Shown here piece by piece: positions 56,414 to 64,000 of a stretch of DNA of 64,000 nucleotides. The translations under genes and the position numbers were made by a program. This stretch comes from a virus (Duplodnaviria > Caudoviricetes), in the IMG/VR virus record IMGVR_UViG_3300011717_000032, positions 14,336 through 78,335 of that record; one strand, written 5' to 3'. Every line of letters starts with the position of its first letter. Position 1 is the stretch's first letter. The notes below the pieces were generated by a model. The model was not told where the DNA came from, ran no database searches, and was given only the letters and a program-made list of their open reading frames with translations.

Positions 56414-59400
56414 CGATCCGAATCTATCCCTCCCGGCTGCCGGGCGAACCGCTGGAAAAGCACGAACATGAAACGATGACCCTCAGCGCCTGGTTTGCGC
56501 AGAACGTGAAGGACTGGACACCAGATCAGCAGCACCCTATCGCGGTCGAAATCGACGGCGTTACCGTCCCGGCGTCAGAGTGGTCACTGTGCGTTATCAA
56601 GCGCGAAACCGACGTTCGTATGTATCCGGTACCGTACGGTACGGGAGCAGAAATCGCGCTGTGGGTTGCTGTCAGCGTAGCGGTTGCCTCTGCTGCGTAC
56701 AGCATCTACATGATGAGCACAATGTCACAGGCTGGCGGCGGCGGAGCCCAGGCGGGAAGCGGCGACCAGATTGACCTCAACCCGGCCAAAGCGAACGCTG
56801 CGAAACTTGGTGATCCCATCCGGGAAATCTTCGGCAAATATCGCGTCTGGCCTGATTACGTCGTGCAGCCGGTTAGCCGGTTCGTCAACGAGACCAGCAT
56901 GGAAACCAGCATGTTTCTGTGCGTGGGTGTCGGCGACATGGTGATTAACCAGTCCGATATCCGGATCGGTAATACGCCAATCTCCGCGTTCGGTACCGAC
57001 GTTCGCTACACCCTCTATCCACCTGGGGCCACTATATCCGGCGACACACGTACCGAAAACTGGTTCAACTCACCAGAGGTCGGGAATACCGGCTCCGGTA
57101 CCGCCGGGCTGGATCTGGGCTCAAGCGGCCCGGAGACGGTCAGCATCATCGCTGATGCGCTGGTCGTGTCCGGAAACTCCATCACGCTGGTTGACGTATC
57201 GGCATCCGGAGGCGATGAGGAAATCCCGCCGTCGTGGACCGTCGGAACGGTGATAACCGTGCTGGCCCCAAACTCTTACACGGTCTTGTCCTCCGGCGGT
57301 TACAGCGTGATTTATGGCGGGGTGGAGGAACTGGCCCCCTCGGTAGGGCTGCCGGTATCCCTGAACTATAACGGCAACGATTACGACCTGTTTATCGCGA
57401 GCTACGCCCCTGGGGTTCCGGCGGTGCCGGGGGTGGGCGGCAGCGCCGCCAGTATCACGGCCAGCGCAGCGCCAACAACTTACGATTTCAGCAGCACGCC
57501 AGTGACGTTCAGCATCAGTTGGCAGGGTACGACTTACCCGGTATCACTGGTCACCAACTACGTCACCATGTCAGGCTTGGTTTCCTCGATCACCTCCCAG
57601 CTCGCAGGCTCCGGCCTGGTAGCGCGCGATAGCAGTGGACGGTTGGCCATTGTCGAGTCCAGTAGTCCATTCGCTGGCGGGTCAATCACCAACAGCCCGT
57701 TGCCCGTTGCTGTGTTCGGTGATGCCCCGGTAAATACGGCTGGCGTGAAATCAACGGGCGGCACGGCGGAGGTAAGGGCGCATATCACCCTGGCCTACAA
57801 TAGCGCCACCGGCACGTCGTTTACCGGACTGCCGGAGGGCATTCAGCGCTTTTCGCTGGGTTTAGCTGGCAATCAGTTCCGGATCACCGATGTGGACAGC
57901 CAGACGGTCACGGTTGAGCGGCTTACTGTCACCACCGGCCCGAGCGGTGAGACTATCACAACACCCGATCCATCCTGGCCTGGCTTCACTGAGCGCACGC
58001 TGCTGGATGCCACCGTGACAGGAGTCAGTGACGATTATGAGTGGGTCGGCCCGTTCCTTGCGTGTCCTGATGGCGAAACCCTGGATGCATTCGAGGTGAA
58101 CATCAACTTCCAGAGCGGTTTAGTGCGCTACACCGACAAAGGGAATAAACGCGACATGCCGGTACGTCTGGTGATCCAGTATCGGAAGGTCGGGACGACT
58201 ACGTGGCAGCAGCAGTCACCGTTCTATTCACGCAGCACTGAAAACCAGATTGGGTTTACGCATCGCTATAACGTGTCACCCGGACAGTATGAGATTCGGA
58301 TGCGACGTACCGAACCGGTTAAAGGTGGCAGTACGCGTGACCAGGTTTTCTGGCAAGCGCTGCGCTCCCGGCTGAGCAAACGACCCACTAAGTACGATGG
58401 CGTCACCACCATGGCGCTAACGGTGCGCACAGGGAACCGACTTGCGGCTATGTCTGATCGCCGGATAAGCGTCACGCCAACGCGGATTTACAGCGGCGGA
58501 AGAACGGCGCGGAGCGTTAGCGGTGCGCTTTACCACGTTCTGGAATCGCTGGGGTTCACGGGCAGCCAGATTGACACTGCGGCGATTGATGCGCTGGAGA
58601 AAACCTACTGGACACCCCGCGGTGAGAAGTTCGACTGGGCGAGCGGCGAGAGCAAGTCGGCGCTCGAGATAATGCAGAAAATCACCAACGCAGGGATGGG
58701 GTATTTCCTGCTGTCAGACGGACTGGCTTCTGCTGGCCGGGAAGGACTTAAAACCTGGGTCGGCATGATCACCCCGCAGGAAACTACCGAGGAACTACAG
58801 ACCGCCTTCAAAGCCCCGTCGCAGGACGACTACGACGGCGTCGACGTGACCTATATCAATGGCACAACCTGGGCAGAGGAAACTGTTCAGTGCCGCCTGA
58901 CTGGCAACCCTACGCCGCTTAAAATCGAAAGCTACACGCTGGATGGTGTGCTTGATGAGGACCGCGCTTACCGCATCGGCATGCGCCGGTTGCTGGGCTA
59001 CCAGCTGCAGCGCCTTCAGCACACCACCTCAACCGAGATGGATGCGCTCTGCTACGAGTTCATGGATAGGATTGTAATGGCCGACGATATCCCAGGCAGT
59101 CAGCAGTTGAGTTGCCTCATTACCGATATGACGTATGACAGCAGCAAAATCACCATGACGCTCAGCGAGGAGCCTGACTGGTCTTTTGAAAACCCGCGCG
59201 TTATTATGCGTCTCCAGGATGGTCGCGCATCCGAAATGCTTACCCCGACACGTATTGATGACTTCACCATATCGGTACCGTACAGCGCATCGCTGGAGCC
59301 GGATTTGTGGATAATGAACGACCCGTGCATTGAGCAACCGCGCCTGCTGTTCTGCTCCTCTGTCCGTGTGCCGTATGACGCGCTGATTGGAGAGATAACT

Positions 59401-59496
59401 CCGGGTAATGACGGGATCAGTCAGGTAACAGCCATTCAGTATCACCCCGGCAAATATGCTTACGACGACGCCACATATCCTGGCGACGCCGCTTAA
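56410..59496 (+). CDS. Tail tip/central fibre hub protein (gpJ-like)
   Basis: Paralog of 14773-17856. Confidence 0.85.
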   Translation: MTIRIYPSRLPGEPLEKHEHETMTLSAWFAQNVKDWTPDQQHPIAVEIDGVTVPASEWSLCVIKRETDVRMYPVPYGTGAEIALWVAVSVAVASAAYSIYMMSTMSQAGGGGAQAGSGDQIDLNPAKANAAKLGDPIREIFGKYRVWPDYVVQPVSRFVNETSMETSMFLCVGVGDMVINQSDIRIGNTPISAFGTDVRYTLYPPGATISGDTRTENWFNSPEVGNTGSGTAGLDLGSSGPETVSIIADALVVSGNSITLVDVSASGGDEEIPPSWTVGTVITVLAPNSYTVLSSGGYSVIYGGVEELAPSVGLPVSLNYNGNDYDLFIASYAPGVPAVPGVGGSAASITASAAPTTYDFSSTPVTFSISWQGTTYPVSLVTNYVTMSGLVSSITSQLAGSGLVARDSSGRLAIVESSSPFAGGSITNSPLPVAVFGDAPVNTAGVKSTGGTAEVRAHITLAYNSATGTSFTGLPEGIQRFSLGLAGNQFRITDVDSQTVTVERLTVTTGPSGETITTPDPSWPGFTERTLLDATVTGVSDDYEWVGPFLACPDGETLDAFEVNINFQSGLVRYTDKGNKRDMPVRLVIQYRKVGTTTWQQQSPFYSRSTENQIGFTHRYNVSPGQYEIRMRRTEPVKGGSTRDQVFWQALRSRLSKRPTKYDGVTTMALTVRTGNRLAAMSDRRISVTPTRIYSGGRTARSVSGALYHVLESLGFTGSQIDTAAIDALEKTYWTPRGEKFDWASGESKSALEIMQKITNAGMGYFLLSDGLASAGREGLKTWVGMITPQETTEELQTAFKAPSQDDYDGVDVTYINGTTWAEETVQCRLTGNPTPLKIESYTLDGVLDEDRAYRIGMRRLLGYQLQRLQHTTSTEMDALCYEFMDRIVMADDIPGSQQLSCLITDMTYDSSKITMTLSEEPDWSFENPRVIMRLQDGRASEMLTPTRIDDFTISVPYSASLEPDLWIMNDPCIEQPRLLFCSSVRVPYDALIGEITPGNDGISQVTAIQYHPGKYAYDDATYPGDAA

Positions 59497-59550
59497 CAGC
59501 GATTCAAAATTATCTGACCCGTTTCGGCGGGCTTTATGCGCGGAGCAAGC

Positions 59551-61896
59551 ATGAATATATATGGAACAAATAATCAGTTGGGCTCTACTGACCCCAGGGA
59601 CCTTTACGATAACTCCCAGAATTTTGATACAGCCATCAACAGCATTACTGAGGCTATCTGGCACGATCGCTTTGGTCGAGCCCGGCGTACCTGGTACGGT
59701 CTTGAGGGGATAGCATCGGCGGCAATTAAAAAATTTATTGAAGATGGGAAGAAAGCCATTGCCGGTGTGGGTTACATCACCATGGACTCCTTCCAGGATG
59801 GTAAAACGCTGACCCTAACTAATCAGGCACTGCGCTGGAAGTTGCCAGACGGCGATGGTGATTATTACCGCTGGGATGGTGCATTCCCTAAAGTGGTCCC
59901 TCCTGGTTCTACGCCGATTACTTCTGGCGGAGTAGATAAAGGGAAATGGGTCAATGTGAGTGACGGGACTGCACGCAGCGATCTGGCAAAGCCAACCGGT
60001 GCCACTATGGTCGGTACGCCATTTGACATGACTTTGGGTGAGATTCTGGCATCAGATCCTGCTCCAATGTCATTTGGGTATGCTACTGAGGCAGCCAAAA
60101 GCAGGATCTGCCGTCATGGCGCAAAAGTGGTTCTGGTCGGAGATAGCCTCAGCAGCTTCTATAATATCGACACGGCTAATATCACATCGCTGTTTGAGTC
60201 ATATCTTCGCCGTAAGGTGCAGGAGATTAACCCAACTGCGGAATTCATTAACCATGCTATCGGTGGGCGACGATATTACGATCTTGGAAGGGATGAGCCA
60301 GCAATTGATTCTAATGATGGCTATCCTTGGTATACAGATATATCAAAACGCTGGATGTATTATATTGACGCGATTAAGCCTGACGTGGTGATTCTGGCTT
60401 TTGGGATGAATGATGGTGAAGGTTGGCTCGCAGGTAATTTCCAACAGTCAAACTTTTATAAAATGATGGATGAGCTGAGGACAATAGGCAGCGAGCCTGA
60501 AATTATTTTCTGTACCAATATTCTTCCGTCAAAAGAGAACCCAGCGACTTCAGACTTTGATCAGCAATCCGGCCGTGACGCGATGGCCGGCTGGACTAGG
60601 TCCTATGCGAAATTTATCGGCGCTAGCTTTATCGATTTGCACCGTCGATTTAAATCTATGCGGGACGGCGTCGATCCATGCGCTTTCAGTTATGCGAGAA
60701 AAACGATATCAACGTTGGTAAACCTGCCATATTCCTACACTGATATGGTGCCATGTTATTCGGCGCGACTGGTGCTGATGGATCCGGCAGTGATGTCTTC
60801 TGGTATCCAATTTTCTTTATCGCAGTTGGTGAATAATTTTGTAACGCTTTCATACGATGCGGCGGTATCTAAATGGCACGTCCAGATATACACCGGAACA
60901 TCAGTCGGGATTACGATTAATCAGCTTGCTGATGGAACCGCGCCATCCGTGGGTATGGAAATATTATTCTCGTTGAACGGTGATTCTCTGACGATTTTCA
61001 TTGGAGATAATACCACCCCGGTGTTCTCCGGTAACATCATACGCTTCGGTGGCCTTTTCACGCCTAAAATAAGTGGGACTGGGCAGATTAGGGTTGATTT
61101 GATTGCAGGAACTGAAATTCCTATGGCTCCTGTATTAACCGACCATGACGTCTATAACACTGAGGGCGATGGCGGTAATGGGCTTAACCACCCAACAGCG
61201 AAAGCCAGCTCCCGGATTTATGCAGCTCCGGTTGATTACTGGTTCGGCAGTGCTGGCGGGAAAGAAAAAAGCTATGACATTGTGGCTGACTTTGTCAGTG
61301 GAAAATTAAACGTCTCCAACCACCTGAGCCCAAAATCAGCAGCAGTTTCAAACTTGTTTGGAAAGCTGACGTTTATCAATGGTGCGATCGAGTACGTTCG
61401 TGATGCTAAGAACAATGTCATTGGGGCAAAGTTTGGGGCAACCAACCGGGCCTATATCGACACGGCTGATTTCATGGAGTCTGGGCTCTCATTCGAAAGG
61501 ATCTCCGTAGAAATTGATTTCATCGGCCCGTCAGGGCAGTGCTATGTCGTAACGCTCGGTGAAGCAACAACCGGGGACAGGGCTTTGTATCAGGTGACCG
61601 CCAGCCTGCAGACCAGGGGAACTGTTTCAAGCGGGGGCGTGGCGTCAGACCTTACATCTAGCGCCACATACCCGCTCGTCGCCGGTAATGTCTGTAAGTT
61701 CAGGCACTCCCTCGATATTCCAAGTAAGGTCGCGAGACTGCGGACGGAGGACGGCTATAAGGTCGGGAATATTAATACCCACACGATCACCGGCATGTCC
61801 TCTTCGATGATCACCAAGATTAAGTTCGGCTACGCATCACCAAACACGTTCGGTGTAGATGTAATCATCAAACGCGTACGTATCTCGTTCAGGTAA
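59551..61896 (+). CDS. Tail spike with SGNH/GDSL hydrolase domain
   Basis: Shared N-terminal anchor; VLVGDSLS, HAIGGR, AFGMND, GLNHPT blocks. Confidence 0.85.
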   Translation: MNIYGTNNQLGSTDPRDLYDNSQNFDTAINSITEAIWHDRFGRARRTWYGLEGIASAAIKKFIEDGKKAIAGVGYITMDSFQDGKTLTLTNQALRWKLPDGDGDYYRWDGAFPKVVPPGSTPITSGGVDKGKWVNVSDGTARSDLAKPTGATMVGTPFDMTLGEILASDPAPMSFGYATEAAKSRICRHGAKVVLVGDSLSSFYNIDTANITSLFESYLRRKVQEINPTAEFINHAIGGRRYYDLGRDEPAIDSNDGYPWYTDISKRWMYYIDAIKPDVVILAFGMNDGEGWLAGNFQQSNFYKMMDELRTIGSEPEIIFCTNILPSKENPATSDFDQQSGRDAMAGWTRSYAKFIGASFIDLHRRFKSMRDGVDPCAFSYARKTISTLVNLPYSYTDMVPCYSARLVLMDPAVMSSGIQFSLSQLVNNFVTLSYDAAVSKWHVQIYTGTSVGITINQLADGTAPSVGMEILFSLNGDSLTIFIGDNTTPVFSGNIIRFGGLFTPKISGTGQIRVDLIAGTEIPMAPVLTDHDVYNTEGDGGNGLNHPTAKASSRIYAAPVDYWFGSAGGKEKSYDIVADFVSGKLNVSNHLSPKSAAVSNLFGKLTFINGAIEYVRDAKNNVIGAKFGATNRAYIDTADFMESGLSFERISVEIDFIGPSGQCYVVTLGEATTGDRALYQVTASLQTRGTVSSGGVASDLTSSATYPLVAGNVCKFRHSLDIPSKVARLRTEDGYKVGNINTHTITGMSSSMITKIKFGYASPNTFGVDVIIKRVRISFR

Positions 61897-61987
61897 CCGC
61901 CTGGAGCGATGTGAGTGGGGCAAGGACGCCTGACGCAAAATGAACAAACAAACCCTCACCACTTGATCTGCACCCACTTTAAAACTA

Positions 61988-62003
61988 CTGTATATAAAAA
62001 CAG
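61988..62003 (+). promoter_or_regulatory. LexA (SOS) box
   Basis: CTGTATATAAAAACAG. Confidence 0.9.
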
Positions 62004-62020
62004 TAAAAGGAGTGCAGATC

Positions 62021-62260
62021 ATGCCCCGCAAATCAGACATTCACAGCGCATTTGTCGCTGCAATACAGCTAAACCCGAAAGGGTATCGATGCCTGAGGTC
62101 TTCTGACTTCATTCGTGAACTGGCAAAGGTCCACCATCACTTCACCTTGGCCGACGCCAATGAGTGGATAGAATTCTACCAAACTGGGTTCGTTGACAAG
62201 ACACCGGACAATAGCGAAAACCGATTCTGGATCCTGCGCAATATGGGGCAGGTTTTCTGA
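62021..62260 (+). CDS. SOS-boxed small hypothetical protein
   Basis: Paralog of 21826-22065. Confidence 0.8.
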   Translation: MPRKSDIHSAFVAAIQLNPKGYRCLRSSDFIRELAKVHHHFTLADANEWIEFYQTGFVDKTPDNSENRFWILRNMGQVF

Positions 62261-62577
62261 TGGGCTTCGTATCTCCAGCAACTGATTATGTCGAGCAGCG
62301 CTTGTCCCCGGCGAGTATCTGCACCACGAACGACAGCCGCATCATGGACACTTCAACGGGATTTGCGGTGATCGAGCCCGTCAGCCAACTCGTAAATGGG
62401 CAGGTATTGTTGGTGCTGTCTGGTGGTCGCACGCAGTTCGCCCGGGTAATGGGCAAGTCGCTTATTTTCAATGACGGTGAGACGATGGAAGGTGGTGCTG
62501 CGGAGGAGGTGAAGTTACTCGGCAGGGTGACGTACTTCATCAACAGCACGAACACTGACGATGACTGTCCGGTGTAA
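62260..62577 (+). CDS. UmuD'-like protein
   Basis: M-GFVSPATDYVEQRL; paralog of 22065-22382. Confidence 0.7.
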   Translation: MGFVSPATDYVEQRLSPASICTTNDSRIMDTSTGFAVIEPVSQLVNGQVLLVLSGGRTQFARVMGKSLIFNDGETMEGGAAEEVKLLGRVTYFINSTNTDDDCPV

Positions 62578-62975
62578 AAAGCGGTGCGCACCATAAATCT
62601 TACAACGGATCGGTAGCGATTGTGCCAGGGTGGGCGGAGTCGGTAAATCCGCGGGTGTAGTTTCTGGAAGGAGCTACGCAAATTTTTAGCTCCTAAAAGC
62701 TTCGCCATTGTGACTTTTTGATAATCGTAACTTGTTGATTATTCATTTTAAAAAAATACAGATTAATGGCGAAAAAATGACTTATGTCTTTGATAAATTT
62801 AAATAACACGCATGATTTAAAAACCCTTGTTATCGGGTGATTTTCTTTCCCCAAAACTAAAATCATGCTTTCGATAATCAGTGAGTTACGAACGGTAATG
62901 ATTGGTTATTTTTTGATTCTAAAAAGGCGGTTTTGTTAATAAATTCATATGATTAATGCTTTTTTTGTGATGTAA

Positions 62976-63070
62976 TGCTGCGTCACATGGAGTGGTTCGA
63001 ACGTCTGATGGAAGGCGCTAAACTGCTGAAATGTTCAGAGTTTGGTGACGCGATCATCGCGAACATGTAA
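62976..63070 (+). pseudogene. icd: icd 3' remnant at attR with a 69-bp in-frame deletion
   Basis: LRHMEWFE|[22 protein letters not shown]; deletion between two TTCGAA repeats relative to 22970-23133. Confidence 0.93.
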
Positions 63071-63092
63071 TCCGCTGTTCGGGTTATCTAAG

Positions 63093-63120
63093 AACGGGAG
63101 CCTGTAGGCTCCCGTTTTTT
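63093..63120 (+). terminator. icd terminator
   Basis: AACGGGAGCC-TGTA-GGCTCCCGTTTTTT. Confidence 0.85.
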
Positions 63121-63128
63121 ATTATTAA

Positions 63129-63158
63129 CTGACCCGCTGACCCGCTGACCCGCTGACC
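63129..63158 (+). repeat. 8-bp tandem repeat (CTGACCCG x3.75)
   Basis: Read directly. Confidence 0.9.
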
Positions 63159-63312
63159 AACGCAGGTCTTTATTGTTAGCCGTGAAAAATAAAAGATAAC
63201 ATTCGCTTTATTGAAGGAAGGGGATTAGGCTTCCCCTGTGGTGAATCCCCCTAAGCGGTGGGGCGACTAGTCAGAGCAGGTGAATGACGCGGCTCTGTGG
63301 TCTGGCGCAGAG

Positions 63313-63745
63313 TCACCGGGAGGCACCCGGCACCATGATTTCATCCAACCCGCTATTTTCATGAGAACGATACAGGCCACCGTGACCGGAGCGGGCACGG
63401 GGCCAGATTTCGTCATCTGACAATGTCGTTTCGATGAGTTCAATGGGCACTCCCGCGTCATTGATCACCGCGACCCGGTAACTATCAATTGGCTCGTAAG
63501 GGCCAGAATAATCTCTTCCCCTTCAATGGCCGCAGACAGGCTGTTTACCTTAAAAGCGACGTGCGGTACGGTTTTCAAAAGAGGGTGAAGGGGAGAGTCA
63601 TGCGTGAAGCGATGCCACTGAACCCTGAATTTACCCGGGTTGTCAGCGGTATACATTCTGCTTTTTCACTGAATGAACCTTCAGGGATTCCATCCTGTAG
63701 CGGGATGCCGAAATGATGAAATTCGTAGTGAATGCCTGCTTTCAT
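63313..63745 (-). pseudogene. VOC/glyoxalase-like gene broken by two 1-nt deletions
   Basis: MKAGIHYEFHHFGIP..EKA / GMYTADNP..PHVAFKV..EIIL / GPYEPIDSYRVAVINDAGVPIELIE; a G restored at about 63658 and 63503 gives one frame. Confidence 0.6.
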
Positions 63746-63799
63746 AAGCAATGATGTTTAAATGAATGCCGGGCAGCTGTCACCACCCGGCTTGGGTTA

Positions 63800-64000
63800 C
63801 TACTGCAATTCCTTATCTTTTAGGTGTTCAACGTAAAAGTCATAACGGTCAAGGAACCACAGCCGGCAATCCTCATCCATGTTGCCGGTTATTGCATCCG
63901 TGCACAGATGTCGGCCGTGCAAATGCATCCGGGCAAAGCTACTGGCTAGAAAATCTAAATCCCGGGAAGACACGACACCCTTCTCACTGCCTAACTGCAT
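63800..64000 (-). CDS. Hypothetical protein, probably cut by window edge
   Basis: Open frame to the window end; no recognised motif. Confidence 0.5.
   Translation of the reverse strand: MQLGSEKGVVSSRDLDFLASSFARMHLHGRHLCTDAITGNMDEDCRLWFLDRYDFYVEHLKDKELQ

Larger units (their letters stand above)
22970..62990 (+). mobile_element. Prophage 2, complete gene order, about 40.0 kb, icd-integrating lambdoid
   Basis: Bounded by direct repeats TGCTGCGTCACATGGAGTGGTTCGAA at 22970 and 62976; int at left end, tail spike at right end. Confidence 0.95.

Overview
Enterobacteriaceae chromosome segment holding two related HK97/lambda-like siphovirus prophages in tandem at the 3' end of icd (isocitrate dehydrogenase). 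Prophage 1 (P1, 1-22984) is visible only from HNH/cos through head, tail, tail spike, a glycosyltransferase moron and an SOS-boxed operon. Prophage 2 (P2, about 40.0 kb between att cores at 22970 and 62976) is complete in gene order: int/xis, early-left genes, cI/cro, replication, MT-A70 methylase, RusA, Q, lysis, an Acb2-like sponge, a glycosyltransferase pair, HNH/cos, head, tail, SGNH tail spike. About 1 kb of flank follows. Best candidate for an undescribed system: P2 has a late-operon glycosyltransferase pair coupled to HNH/cos, and three P2 proteins (capsid, tail tube, a DUF2560-like protein) end in Ser-Gly-Ser. P1 lacks both the cassette at that slot and the tags. This suggests virion O-glycosylation of the kind known from mycobacteriophages, here in an enterobacterial phage. 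Other strong signals: a 69-bp deletion in the distal icd copy that would make prophage curing damage icd; a frameshifted cro; a 1-kb array of structured RNA repeats in the pL leader; a double CCHC zinc-knuckle protein next to cos. All family assignments come from motif recognition, not database searches.
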